Shown here: piece after piece, positions 1-9,355 of the stretch | Layout: every line of letters starts with the position of its first letter | Position numbering within the stretch: the stretch's first letter is position 1 | Assembly (NCBI GenBank): GCA_963663165.1 | Contig: OY760175.1 | Coordinates: forward strand, 4,032,001-4,096,000 | DNA from: an uncultured Desulfospira sp. | Lineage (GTDB): Bacteria > Desulfobacterota > Desulfobacteria > Desulfobacterales > Desulfobacteraceae | DNA: 64,000 bases | Reading direction: 5' to 3' | Made by a program: the position numbers and the translations under genes | The notes under the pieces: model-generated | Databases searched by the model: none | Seen by the model: only the letters and a program-made list of their open reading frames with translations | What the model was told of the DNA's origin: nothing

Positions 1-438
1 ATGTCCCGGGGGAGGCCCCTGAGGCTTTTCGCCTTCTTCAATGTAGCCATCTCCATCCGAATCCATCTGCTCAAACATTTCAGAGGGACCGGAAAATTCT
101 TCTTTGGAAATTTTGCCGTCTCCATCCTGGTCGTCATTTTCAAAGGGATTTCCCATGCCTGGCGGGGGGCCGCCCTGGGGGCACTGGGAGGCTTCATCTT
201 CGCTGATGTACCCGTCACTGTTGGCGTCCATTTTGGTAAAAAGCTCCGAAGACCCCTGGAACTCGTCCTGTGATACCTGGCCGTCTCCATCCTGGTCAAA
301 ATCCTCAATCAGATTGCCCGGCGGGGGTCCGCCCCCCGGCCCTCCGGGTCCCTGGCCGGCAAAGGCCGGTGCCCCGAAAAGCAGTGCGGATAAAGACAGA
401 CACATCAGCACCTGTTTAATCTTTTTTTTGTTTTCCAT
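1..438 (-). CDS. Secreted EF-hand calcium-binding protein (partial; 3' end runs off the window)
   Basis: Not in the ORF track. Manual translation from ATG at 438 (GAGGA RBS upstream) gives a signal peptide MENKKKIKQVLMCLSLSALLFGAPAFA, then four EF-hand loops (DQDGDGQVSQDE, DANSDGYISEDE, DQDGDGKISKEE, DSDGDGYIEEGE) separated by GPPPG linkers; no stop before position 1. Confidence 0.88.
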   Translation of the reverse strand, partial: MENKKKIKQVLMCLSLSALLFGAPAFAGQGPGGPGGGPPPGNLIEDFDQDGDGQVSQDEFQGSSELFTKMDANSDGYISEDEASQCPQGGPPPGMGNPFENDDQDGDGKISKEEFSGPSEMFEQMDSDGDGYIEEGEKPQGPPPGH

Positions 439-762
439 TCTGGTATTCCTCTATTTTTATATGTCATCAACGCTTCGGTCCTATTGGTCCGATTTATGCC
501 CTGTATTATATCACTTATCCATCCAAAAAATTGTGAAAACATTATGATTTTGACCGGTTCAAGAATGATTCAATGGTTTTTAAACTGGCCCGGCCACCAT
601 TTTTAAGATGGCAAATATCATAATTCGAGCGAAACGACCAACAGGCTTCAGTCCAAAATCCTTCAGCCTATAAATTAAAAGATTGAAAATTACTGAAAAA
701 CCATTAAATTTAAAGGATTGAAGTCAACCCATATCCCCTAAATCCATAGGTTAGGAAATATT

Positions 763-2301
763 ATGAAAACAACACAACTCACCGTTACGGAAAAACCCGT
801 CAAGGATATTGAAACCGACCTGCTGGTTTATTTTGCTGTCCAAATCAAGGATGAGGCCCCCCAATGTGACCCAGGGGTCAAGCCCCGGGTGGACAAGGCC
901 TTTTCCCTTGGGGATTTTAAGGCCGAGGAAAAAGAAGACCTTTTCTTTTATCCTGAAACCGAGGAGCTGAAGGCCAAACGGGTTCTGGTGGCCGGGCTTG
1001 GGAAACTCGGCCAAAGCCAGGACGACGCCCCTGATGACATTCCCGAAGCCTTAAGAGAGGCCGGGGGCCGCATTGCCAAAGCCTGCAAGCGGGCAAAAGC
1101 AAAAACCCTTACCGTCTGCCTGCCGGATATCCCGGGAACTGAACCGGAAATTACGGCTGACGTTCTGGCCCAGGGCATCCTTTTAGGGGACTACCGGTTT
1201 GACAAATACAAGGAAACGTCCAAAAAAGAAACCGATTACGCCGGGATCAAGAAGGTTAAATTTTCGGCTCAAGCCTCTGTCAAACAGGTGCGCAAAGGGG
1301 CAAAAAAAGGGGTATCTGCGGCCATGGCGACCTGCATGGCAAGGGACATGGCCAATGAACCGGGCAACAACTGGACCTCAAAGGAATTCGCCGACCACGC
1401 CAAAGCCCTGGCCAAAACCCATGGCCTGACCTGCAAAGTTCTGGAAAAAAAGGATCTGGAAAAGCTTTCCATGAACGGTATCCTGGCCGTGAACCAGGGC
1501 TCTGCCGTACCGCCCCGACTGGTCATCTTAGAGTACAAACCCGCCAAAAAATCCCAGACCATCATGCTGGTGGGCAAAGGCATCACCTTTGACTCCGGCG
1601 GCATCAGCCTTAAACCGGCGGCGGGCATGGAAGAGATGAAATATGACATGTGCGGCGGGGCAGCCGTCCTTTGCGCCATGCAGGCCGTGGGTGAGGAAAA
1701 ACCCGATGTGGGGGTGGTGGCCCTGATTCCGGCCACGGACAACATGTCCGGGTCCAAAGCCATCCACCCGGGAGACATTATCCGCCACTTTAACGGGGTG
1801 ACCTCGGAAGTCGTGAATACCGATGCCGAAGGGCGGCTGATCCTGGCCGACGCCCTGGCTTACGGCATTAAAACCTATAAACCGGACTGCGTCATCGACG
1901 CGGCCACCCTGACCGGGGCCGTGATCATTGGGCTGGGGCACCATCACACCGGCATGGTGTCCAATAACGATGCCCTTTCAGGCCTTTTGGAGGCGGCCGG
2001 AAAAAAAGCCGGGGAACCGGTCTGGCGGCTACCCTTGACCAAGCCTTACATGAAGCAGATCGAATCCAAGGTGGCGGACATCAAAAACGTCGGGGGAAGG
2101 CCCGGCGGGACTATCACGGCGGCCGCCTACCTATCCAAATTTGTGGATAAAACCCCCTGGGCCCATCTGGACATTGCCGGAACAGCCTGGGATTTTACCG
2201 AAAAATCTTATATCCCCAAAGGACCGTCCGGCACGGCTGTCCGGACCTTTTTGAACCTGATCCGGGACTGGATTAACCCGGATCTGCAGCCTGAAAAATG
2301 A
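763..2301 (+). CDS. pepA: Leucyl aminopeptidase (M17 family)
   Basis: Motifs VGKGITFDSGG, MKYDMCG, NTDAEGRL, ATLTGA, WAHLDIAG. Confidence 0.96.
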   Translation: MKTTQLTVTEKPVKDIETDLLVYFAVQIKDEAPQCDPGVKPRVDKAFSLGDFKAEEKEDLFFYPETEELKAKRVLVAGLGKLGQSQDDAPDDIPEALREAGGRIAKACKRAKAKTLTVCLPDIPGTEPEITADVLAQGILLGDYRFDKYKETSKKETDYAGIKKVKFSAQASVKQVRKGAKKGVSAAMATCMARDMANEPGNNWTSKEFADHAKALAKTHGLTCKVLEKKDLEKLSMNGILAVNQGSAVPPRLVILEYKPAKKSQTIMLVGKGITFDSGGISLKPAAGMEEMKYDMCGGAAVLCAMQAVGEEKPDVGVVALIPATDNMSGSKAIHPGDIIRHFNGVTSEVVNTDAEGRLILADALAYGIKTYKPDCVIDAATLTGAVIIGLGHHHTGMVSNNDALSGLLEAAGKKAGEPVWRLPLTKPYMKQIESKVADIKNVGGRPGGTITAAAYLSKFVDKTPWAHLDIAGTAWDFTEKSYIPKGPSGTAVRTFLNLIRDWINPDLQPEK

Positions 2302-3095
2302 ATGATCTTTTCCAGAAGCTGAAACGGCAGTTGTCATCCCATGAAACCATGGCCATTGCCTTTTCAGGGGGAACCGACTCCTGCCTTCTGGCGGCCGGGG
2401 CACAACAGGCCTGCAGCCGTGTCCTGGCCGTCACGGTGGACTCTGAGTTCCAATCGGCCCGGGATAAACAAGGGGCCGTTGATATGGCCCGTGCCCTGGG
2501 GCTGGGCCATGTGGTGGTAAAGGTCCGGGTTCTGGAAAACGATCAGATCCGGAAAAACCCTTCAGACCGTTGTTATTATTGCAAAAAACTGATATTTGAA
2601 CAGGTAAAGAACGCTGCGGAACAGGCCGGATTTCACACCCTGGCCCACGGGGCCAACCGGGATGACGTAAATGACTTCAGGCCCGGATTCAAGGCCGCCC
2701 GGGAGGCCGGATTCCTGGCCCCGTTAATAGATGCGGGCCTGTCCAAAGCGGATGTCCGGAATTTGTCCAAAACCCTGGGACTTGAAACCTGGGACCTGCC
2801 GTCCCAGTCCTGCCTGGCCGCGCGGATTCCCTACGATGATCCCATTACCAGGGAAACCCTCGCCCGGATTGAACAGGGGGAGGCCATCCTGTATGAAAAA
2901 GGCTTTCCCGCTGTCCGGGTCCGCTGCCACGGCCGGCTGGCCAGGATCGAACTGCCGGTACAGGACATGGCGCACTTTATGGCAAAGGGGGTGGGCCGGA
3001 AGATTGCCGGTGAATTCCGGAAAATCGGTTTTTTATACACCACCCTGGACCTTGAAGGATATATCACCGGCAGCCTGAACAGGGCACTGGAATAG
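2298..3095 (+). CDS. larE: ATP-dependent sacrificial sulfur transferase, LarE family (PP-loop)
   Basis: AFSGGTDS PP-loop, RCYYCK, SCLAARIPY, VRVR, DLEGY; ATGA overlap with the pepA stop. Confidence 0.85.
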   Translation: MNDLFQKLKRQLSSHETMAIAFSGGTDSCLLAAGAQQACSRVLAVTVDSEFQSARDKQGAVDMARALGLGHVVVKVRVLENDQIRKNPSDRCYYCKKLIFEQVKNAAEQAGFHTLAHGANRDDVNDFRPGFKAAREAGFLAPLIDAGLSKADVRNLSKTLGLETWDLPSQSCLAARIPYDDPITRETLARIEQGEAILYEKGFPAVRVRCHGRLARIELPVQDMAHFMAKGVGRKIAGEFRKIGFLYTTLDLEGYITGSLNRALE

Positions 3096-3099
3096 GTGA

Positions 3100-3168
3100 T
3101 TAGGCTGAAGACTGAAGGTGGTTAGGTTGACGGCAGAGATAACCTTCAGTCTAAATACCTTCAGCCTG
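3100..3168. repeat. GGCTGAAG/CTTCAGCC dispersed repeat hairpin
   Basis: ttaggctgaagactgaagg ... ccttcagtct/ccttcagcct; the same 19-mer occurs at 41740-41758, with partial copies at 646-670 and 30117-30143. Confidence 0.75.
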
Positions 3169-3181
3169 AGACCCTAAAATC

Positions 3182-4105
3182 ATGGATACCAACACCGCCA
3201 AAATAAAAAAAATCACCCTCATGGGGCTGGTGGCCAATGTCCTGCTGTCCCTGGTCAAGCTGGCCATCGGCATCATGGGAAGCAGCCAGGCCGTGGTGGC
3301 CGATGCCATCCACAGTTTTTCAGACACCTCATCGGACCTGGTGATCCTTTTCGGGGTCAAATACTGGTCAGCCCCGCCGGATTCCGAACACCCCTTTGGA
3401 CACGGCAAACTGGAGTCCATGGTCACCATTATCATTGGGTTTCTGCTCATGGGAACCGCCGCGGGCATTGGTTACAACGCCATTGTCTCTTTGGAAAATC
3501 CCCCGCCGGCCCACTTGACCTGGGTGGTGCTGACCGCCCCGGTCCTGTCCATTATCGTTAAGGAGATTCTGTTCAGGATCACCTACAAAACAGGGATACA
3601 AATTCATTCCTCTTCTCTCAAGGCAAATGCCTGGCACCACCGGACCGATGCCCTGTCCTCCATCCCGGTTCTGGCCGCCGTTGCCGGCTGCCTGATCAAC
3701 CCTGCCCTGGCCTTTCTGGACCAGGTGGGCGCCATCCTGGTTTCTGTTTTTATTATCAAAGTCGGGTATGATGTCATGCAGACCGGCGTCAATGAACTGT
3801 TAGACCAGGGCATGACGTCAAAAGAGCTGGTTGATCTAAAGGGCCTTATTAAAAGTACCCCACAAGTCAAAGGGTTTCATAAAATCAGAACCCGGAAATT
3901 AGGGGGCTCTTTTTACGTGGATCTTCACCTGGAAGTCGACCCGGATCTTACTGTAAAAAAAGGGCACGATATCACAGAAGTCGTAAAACAAACCCTGATG
4001 GCGGGTGATGAGCGGATTATTGATGTGATGATCCACCTGGAACCGGACCCGGAAAAATGGAAACCGGAAACCGGAAACGGGAGACCGGACCCTTCGAATC
4101 CTTGA
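3182..4105 (+). CDS. Cation diffusion facilitator (CDF) family metal transporter
   Basis: ADAIHSFSD, HPFGHGKLE, NAWHHRTD motifs; C-terminal cytoplasmic domain ending IHLEP. Confidence 0.93.
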   Translation: MDTNTAKIKKITLMGLVANVLLSLVKLAIGIMGSSQAVVADAIHSFSDTSSDLVILFGVKYWSAPPDSEHPFGHGKLESMVTIIIGFLLMGTAAGIGYNAIVSLENPPPAHLTWVVLTAPVLSIIVKEILFRITYKTGIQIHSSSLKANAWHHRTDALSSIPVLAAVAGCLINPALAFLDQVGAILVSVFIIKVGYDVMQTGVNELLDQGMTSKELVDLKGLIKSTPQVKGFHKIRTRKLGGSFYVDLHLEVDPDLTVKKGHDITEVVKQTLMAGDERIIDVMIHLEPDPEKWKPETGNGRPDPSNP

Positions 4106-4128
4106 GGGCGTCGTCATCCAGTATCCGG
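4058..4128. repeat. GGAAACC/GGAGACC heptamer repeat element, copy 1
   Basis: accggaaacgggagaccggac (4070-4090) is identical to 4967-4987; related copies at 54657-54737 and 60080-60166. Confidence 0.75.
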
Positions 4129-4139
4129 CACGCCCCCAA

Positions 4140-4823
4140 TTATTCACTCTTCATTTTTACGTACCATTCCTCGGTGCCGTATAAATGGTCCATACAGTCC
4201 GGACAAAGCCCGTGGCTGAAAGAAACATCGGAATGTTTTTCAATATAAGACTCCAGCTGGTTCCAGTATCCTTTGTCGTCACGGATCTTTTTGCACTTGC
4301 TGCACACGGGGACCAGGCCTGAAAGGACCTTCACTTTTGCCAGGGCGTCTTGGAGTTCCCGGATTAATCTTTCTTTTTCAGCTTCGGCTTTTTTTCGATC
4401 GGTAATATCTGTGAGAAACAGGGTCAAGCCCACAACGTTGCCTGTTTTGCCGACAATGGGATTGTATATATCCTCGTAATACCGGCGTTCTTTTTCAATA
4501 TCCCCGTATTCTTCTTCAATGGTAAAGGACTCTCCGGCCAAAGCGCGGTCAAAGTTTTTCTTGGCTTTTGCCCTGTCCTTTGGGTCTTTAATAAAATCAA
4601 GCATGTTCTTTCCCAGGGCAATATCAACACCCCAGATCTGCTTCATGGTCCGCTTATGGTTGTTATTAAAGGCCAGATACCGGTACCCTGTATCAAGGGC
4701 GAAAATGACAACATTTTTTGGACTTTCAACAATCCCCGACAGGATGGCATGGGCCTTTATCACTGATAATAATAATTCGTCCCTATCATCTATATTTGAA
4801 GGTGATTCTGTTTGACCGACCAT
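4140..4823 (-). CDS. PAS-domain protein with C-terminal CxxC...HxxCxxC putative zinc-binding domain
   Basis: PAS/PAC (ending DITDRKKAE), coiled coil, then LVPVCSKCKKIRDDKGYW...SHGLCPDC. Start moved from 4916 to ATG 4823, which has a GGAGA RBS. Confidence 0.8.
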   Translation of the reverse strand: MVGQTESPSNIDDRDELLLSVIKAHAILSGIVESPKNVVIFALDTGYRYLAFNNNHKRTMKQIWGVDIALGKNMLDFIKDPKDRAKAKKNFDRALAGESFTIEEEYGDIEKERRYYEDIYNPIVGKTGNVVGLTLFLTDITDRKKAEAEKERLIRELQDALAKVKVLSGLVPVCSKCKKIRDDKGYWNQLESYIEKHSDVSFSHGLCPDCMDHLYGTEEWYVKMKSE

Positions 4824-4965
4824 CTGCTTATCTCCATGCCCGGGGCTCACCTGAAAATAACACGGCCGGTGCCGCGCAGGTCCCCTGATGTTTTGTAAAA
4901 ATATCGTATGCCGCAAATATTCTCATATTTCATCTTTCAGGACAATTAAAAAAAAGGAGGCCCTA

Positions 4966-5028
4966 GACCGGAAACGGGAGACCGGACATTGCGAATCCTT
5001 AAGGGTTGCGCATCCGGTCTGCGGTCTT
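4966..5028. repeat. GGAAACC/GGAGACC heptamer repeat element, copy 2
   Basis: 21-nt identity with 4070-4090, followed by similar cgaatcctt-aggg core and tccggtctgcggtc return arm. Confidence 0.75.
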
Positions 5029-5099
5029 GTGGTCATTTTTTGCGTTCTTCCGGGGGGGCCGGACCGTCTGTTCAAAGGAAGGCCGGATAATCCGGCCCC

Positions 5100-6209
5100 T
5101 TATTCACCCATGCGTTCCCTTAGCGTCCTGCGGTAAATGGCATTGGAAAGGGTCTCGGTTCTGCCGGATGCGCCCAGTTTTTCCGAAGCATTTTTTAAAT
5201 GCTTTTTTACGGTGACTTCGGCAATATTCATGGCAAGGGAAATCTGTCGGTTGGAATAGCCCAAAGAGAGATAGGAAATGGCCTCCACCTCTTTGGAACT
5301 CAGCCCGTCTTTTAAGAGGAGATCAAAGCCATGCCGGCGCTGATGGGGCCGAAGCCAGACGACCAGGGCAATTTTTTGCTGTTTCACTGCTACAGCATGG
5401 GCCTTGATTACCAGATCCATATCCGGAAGACGCCAGCCCCTAATCCAGGGGCCGGTGCCAAGGGCCACCGTTCCCTGTGGTGCCGCCACACCCCGGATCC
5501 ATGCCAGGATCTCTTCGGGTATGGTTTTCCATGGTGTTCTTGTAAAATGCCGTTTTAAAAACACCTCTGTCTCCAGGGGCAGATCGATCATGTTCAATTG
5601 ATTGTCCAGGCTGAAATAAAGGCTTTTCTGACTTTTGCAAAGCGCTTCAAGGGCGGCTCGTTTTAAATCAAACTCTAAGCAAAGGATCATGGTGTGTGAC
5701 AGCGACAGGAGAAAAGGACTTAAATAGCGCATCATCTCGTTTTCGGTCCGTGTAAACTCCAAGTCTTCATCAGCTCTGTAAAAAGCGATGCCTGAATCCA
5801 CCGAGTCTGTTTTGGCACTGTGAAACGCCATAACTTGGGAGGTATCCGTATATTTTTTGCTCACCTCATAGACAAAGGCATCTTCATCACTTCCCTGGTA
5901 ATCTTTTGGAGAGAAAATACAGATGTTTCCCACCGGGCTTTCCAGCGACCGGACCCTGACTTTATCGTAGGGCATGATTTCCCGGTATTTCTCATTCCAG
6001 TCAAAGGGCAGATCCGGGTTGGTCACAATGTGATAGGCATTGCCAGAATTGGTAAAGGTATAAATCCCCATCCAGTCCACATGAAACAATGTCTTTACGG
6101 CTGACTCCAGAATCACCGGAAATTCATGGTAATCATGGATATCAGGCATACTCTGATAAAGGGATCTGAGCGTATCGCTGACTTTCGCCTTAAGGGTATT
6201 TGAAATCAT
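5100..6209 (-). CDS. LuxR-family transcriptional regulator with N-terminal GAF-like sensory region
   Basis: C-terminal LSSKEVEAISYLSLGYSNRQISLAMNIAEVTVKKHLKNASEKLG is a LuxR HTH; start uncertain (6209 or ORF-track 6296). Confidence 0.85.
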   Translation of the reverse strand: MISNTLKAKVSDTLRSLYQSMPDIHDYHEFPVILESAVKTLFHVDWMGIYTFTNSGNAYHIVTNPDLPFDWNEKYREIMPYDKVRVRSLESPVGNICIFSPKDYQGSDEDAFVYEVSKKYTDTSQVMAFHSAKTDSVDSGIAFYRADEDLEFTRTENEMMRYLSPFLLSLSHTMILCLEFDLKRAALEALCKSQKSLYFSLDNQLNMIDLPLETEVFLKRHFTRTPWKTIPEEILAWIRGVAAPQGTVALGTGPWIRGWRLPDMDLVIKAHAVAVKQQKIALVVWLRPHQRRHGFDLLLKDGLSSKEVEAISYLSLGYSNRQISLAMNIAEVTVKKHLKNASEKLGASGRTETLSNAIYRRTLRERMGE

Positions 6210-6508
6210 GGATAAAAAATTTTTTCCCGGTTTACTCCCAATTTGCCGAAACAGCCCGCTGGCAATTGTCCAGTCGGGACCTTTTCCGCAAAGCATGCCA
6301 ACCGTTGGAGCCTGGGATCGGCTCTAAACCCGCCGCCGGATTCCCCCAAGCCTGACACCCGGTGTTATTATATAAAAAAATTTGACTTTCCGCCGTTTCA
6401 AACTCCCGCAAACCCAAAAAACATATTTTGTTCACATTCTCCCCTGTTCAAACACAGGCAGGGCCTTTGGCGGCTTATCTTTTTTATGCTGCGGTCAGGC
6501 CGGCAAAA

Positions 6509-6571
6509 AAGGTATCCTTTTGGATACTTTCCAATGGGAATCCCCTAACGGTAACTTGTCTACCGTATAAT
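6509..6571 (+). promoter_or_regulatory. Palindromic operator-like site plus -10 box upstream of the VPxP-CTERM gene
   Basis: aaggtatcc-tttt-ggatacttt (6509-6530; 8/9 inverted match) and TATAAT at 6566-6571. Confidence 0.45.
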
Positions 6572-6623
6572 CGGCATTCAGCCGGTTGTAAAAATAATGG
6601 TTTAATCGTTTTTTAAAGGAGAA

Positions 6624-7391
6624 ATGATCATGAAGCATATTGTTAAAACCGTTTTTGCCGCCGTTTTTCTTATTTTGACCGCAGGCAGTGCCCAGGCGGC
6701 GACAACCGCCTGGGTTGCCGTCTGGTCGGATTACAGGGATTATGAGACAGGGGATGACCGGTATTCCACATCGGTGAGTTGGGATATCACAGGCCTTGGG
6801 GACCTTACCATTGAAAGCATAACGGTAACACTGAGCGGCACCAGTCATGACGGAACGTATAATCTGGATGTGGACGGCGTGTCCGACGGCGTGGTATCCT
6901 ATTTCATCGCTTTGGGAAAAACCAGTCTGTCGTCAGCATATAATATTTCAGAGTGGGCGGGCGACTACGATTTTGAACTGACCTTATCTGACGGAAGCAC
7001 GTTCACCGATACCATTACCCGGGCCACCTCTCAATTAAGCTTTTTAGCCGTTCCGGTGTCAACGGTTTCAGGTGACATCCTCAGCTGGGCGGATGTGGGG
7101 GCAGATTATTATAAGTTAAGGCTGCTGGATGATACCGGTGAAATCATTTATCAATTCAATGTGGCAGGTTCGACAACATCTTATGATCTTACCGGGCTGA
7201 TTGATGAGGTTGATGCCGGAACCTACACCCTTAGGCTTGAAGCCAGGGCAGATGATGATGAGGGCTATCTTCGGACCCGGTCCGCTTATTTCAGTACGAT
7301 CACCGTCGGGGCCGTCCCTGTTCCAGGAACAGCCCTTCTGCTTGGCGCCGGACTCCTTGGGCTGACGGGTCTTCGGTCCAGGAAAAAATAA
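6624..7391 (+). CDS. Secreted surface protein with PEP-CTERM/VPLPA-CTERM-type exosortase sorting signal
   Basis: N-terminal signal peptide ending AQA; acidic beta-rich body; C-terminus VPVPGTALLLGAGLLGLTGLRSRKK; AAGGAG RBS. Confidence 0.88.
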   Translation: MIMKHIVKTVFAAVFLILTAGSAQAATTAWVAVWSDYRDYETGDDRYSTSVSWDITGLGDLTIESITVTLSGTSHDGTYNLDVDGVSDGVVSYFIALGKTSLSSAYNISEWAGDYDFELTLSDGSTFTDTITRATSQLSFLAVPVSTVSGDILSWADVGADYYKLRLLDDTGEIIYQFNVAGSTTSYDLTGLIDEVDAGTYTLRLEARADDDEGYLRTRSAYFSTITVGAVPVPGTALLLGAGLLGLTGLRSRKK

Positions 7392-7425
7392 TTCAAAGCC
7401 CCATAAGCGCCGGAACCAAAACCCT

Positions 7426-7462
7426 GTGTCTGGGCGGCTCGCCGGAGGAGCCGCCCAGACAC
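7426..7462. terminator. Hairpin between convergent genes
   Basis: Perfect 15-bp stem gtgtctgggcggctc / gagccgcccagacac with a 7-nt loop; no clear U-tract. Confidence 0.55.
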
Positions 7463-7529
7463 TGAAGAACGCTGTAGCGACTTTACCGCGACCGGACTGT
7501 AACGCAGCAGATGAGGCACTGCTGGACAG

Positions 7530-8807
7530 TTACAGAAAAATCAGGCTTAAGCCCGGCCAGTAGGTGATGATGATGACCGACAGCAGCAGGACCAGCATAA
7601 AGGGAATGGTGGCCCGGTAAATGTCCATAATGGGCTTGTTGAACCGGTAGCCGGCGATAAACAGGTTCATGCCCACGGGCGGGGTGAAATAGCCGATCTG
7701 CATGTTGGCAAGAAAAATAATCCCTAAGTGAACCGGGTGGATGCCGTATTCCACGGCCACGGGCAGCATCAGGGGGACCATGATGATAATGGCCGAAAAG
7801 ATATCCAGCATGGCCCCTAAGACCAGCAGAAAAATATTAAGCAGCACCAGAAAGAGCAGCTTTCCCTCCACAAAGGTCCGGCAAAGCGCAAACAGCTTCA
7901 TGGGGGCTTCAGCGTCAATCAAAAAATTGGTAAAGGCAAGGGAAACCCCGAGAATCAGCAAAATGCCGCCCACCATGATCATGGACTCCCGGATAATGTC
8001 CATAAGCTTTTGAAGGCCGATTTCCCTGTAAATAAACATCTCCACGATCAGCACATACATGGCGGTGACGGCCGCGGCCTCGGACACGGCAAAATACCCG
8101 GAGTAAATCCCGAAAAACACGAACACGGGCAGGGGGATCTCCCAGATGGATTCCCTGACCGCCGCTTTGATTTTACCCAGGGAAAAAGGGGTCAGGGGAA
8201 CGGGATGTTTCCGGTTGGACCAGACCGACCAGGCCGACAGCATGCCGATCATGAGAAGGGCCGGAAGGATGCCGGCGATAAACAAATCCTCAATCCGGAT
8301 CCGGGCCCCGGTACTCATCTGCTGGGCAATGATTCCGTAAAGAATCAGGGGAAGGGACGGGGGAAGCAAAAGCCCCAGGCTTCCGGAAGTGGTGACCAGC
8401 CCCAGGCTGAAATCATCGCCGTACCCGGTCTGCTTTAAGGCCGGATACAGCAGCGCCCCGATGGCCACAATGGTCACCCCGGACGCCCCGGTAAACGCCG
8501 TAAAAAAAGCGCAGACCACAAAGGCCACAACGGCAAGGCCGCCGGGCATCCAGCCCAGAAAGGCCTGGGTCAGCCGGACCAGCCGCTTTGAGGTGCCGCT
8601 TTCGCCCAGGATATATCCGGCAAACGTGAACAGCGGCAACGCCAGCAGGATGGGGGTATCGGCGATGCGGTAAAGCTCAATGGCCATGACCGATAAATCC
8701 ACATCGCTGAAATAAAAGCCGGTCATGGCGGCTGCGGCAATCACCGTAAACAGCGGCGCCCCTAAAAAGGCGGCCAGAATAATCATTCCTGAAATCAGAT
8801 AGATCAT
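7530..8807 (-). CDS. dctM: TRAP transporter large permease
   Basis: LLALPLFTFAG, GSLGLLLPPS, YFTPPVGMNLF motifs; start 8807 overlaps the dctQ stop (ATGA). Confidence 0.93.
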   Translation of the reverse strand: MIYLISGMIILAAFLGAPLFTVIAAAAMTGFYFSDVDLSVMAIELYRIADTPILLALPLFTFAGYILGESGTSKRLVRLTQAFLGWMPGGLAVVAFVVCAFFTAFTGASGVTIVAIGALLYPALKQTGYGDDFSLGLVTTSGSLGLLLPPSLPLILYGIIAQQMSTGARIRIEDLFIAGILPALLMIGMLSAWSVWSNRKHPVPLTPFSLGKIKAAVRESIWEIPLPVFVFFGIYSGYFAVSEAAAVTAMYVLIVEMFIYREIGLQKLMDIIRESMIMVGGILLILGVSLAFTNFLIDAEAPMKLFALCRTFVEGKLLFLVLLNIFLLVLGAMLDIFSAIIIMVPLMLPVAVEYGIHPVHLGIIFLANMQIGYFTPPVGMNLFIAGYRFNKPIMDIYRATIPFMLVLLLSVIIITYWPGLSLIFL

Positions 8808-9355
8808 GGGCGGTTTGAAAAAAAATAGGTCATCAAATGATCTGCACAAAAGGCCGTGTACCTTAAACACATGACCAGAAATGCAATGGGAATAATGCTT
8901 TCACAGGCCCAGGCCGGAACCCGGCCAAAGGCCATATACCCATCTGCCATTTCCATTCTCACAAAAACGAAGCTGTGCCAGGCCAGCAAAAAAGTTACCC
9001 CTGCGGTAAACAGATGGATAAACAGGGTGGTGAACTGTTTGGCAGCGGACGGCAGATACCGGCTGATCACATCAATGCGGATGTGATTGTCATTGCGTGA
9101 CGCGGCCATGGCCCCGGCCAGGCCGATCCAGAGAACCAGGACCCGGATCAGGGAGTCCCCCCAGAGGATACCGGCATCCATGCCATTCCTTAAAAAAATC
9201 TGCACCACGGCAAGGCCAATCATCCCGATCAGCAGGCTGACCAGAACCGTGTCTTCAATTTTTTTAAAAAAAATGGCGGCCAGGAAAAAAATCCCTTCTT
9301 TTTTTCCGGAAAGATAACGGGTGCCCGGGGGCCGGTTTTTCAGGCTATCAGTCAT
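8804..9355 (-). CDS. dctQ: TRAP transporter small permease
   Basis: Four predicted TM segments, HIRID motif, position between dctP and dctM; start uncertain. Confidence 0.88.
   Translation of the reverse strand: MTDSLKNRPPGTRYLSGKKEGIFFLAAIFFKKIEDTVLVSLLIGMIGLAVVQIFLRNGMDAGILWGDSLIRVLVLWIGLAGAMAASRNDNHIRIDVISRYLPSAAKQFTTLFIHLFTAGVTFLLAWHSFVFVRMEMADGYMAFGRVPAWACESIIPIAFLVMCLRYTAFCADHLMTYFFSNRP

Noticed and set aside
1..547. Plus-strand ORFs 1..273 and 104..547
   Set aside because: They are antisense shadows of the minus-strand EF-hand gene, which has an RBS, signal peptide and clear motifs.
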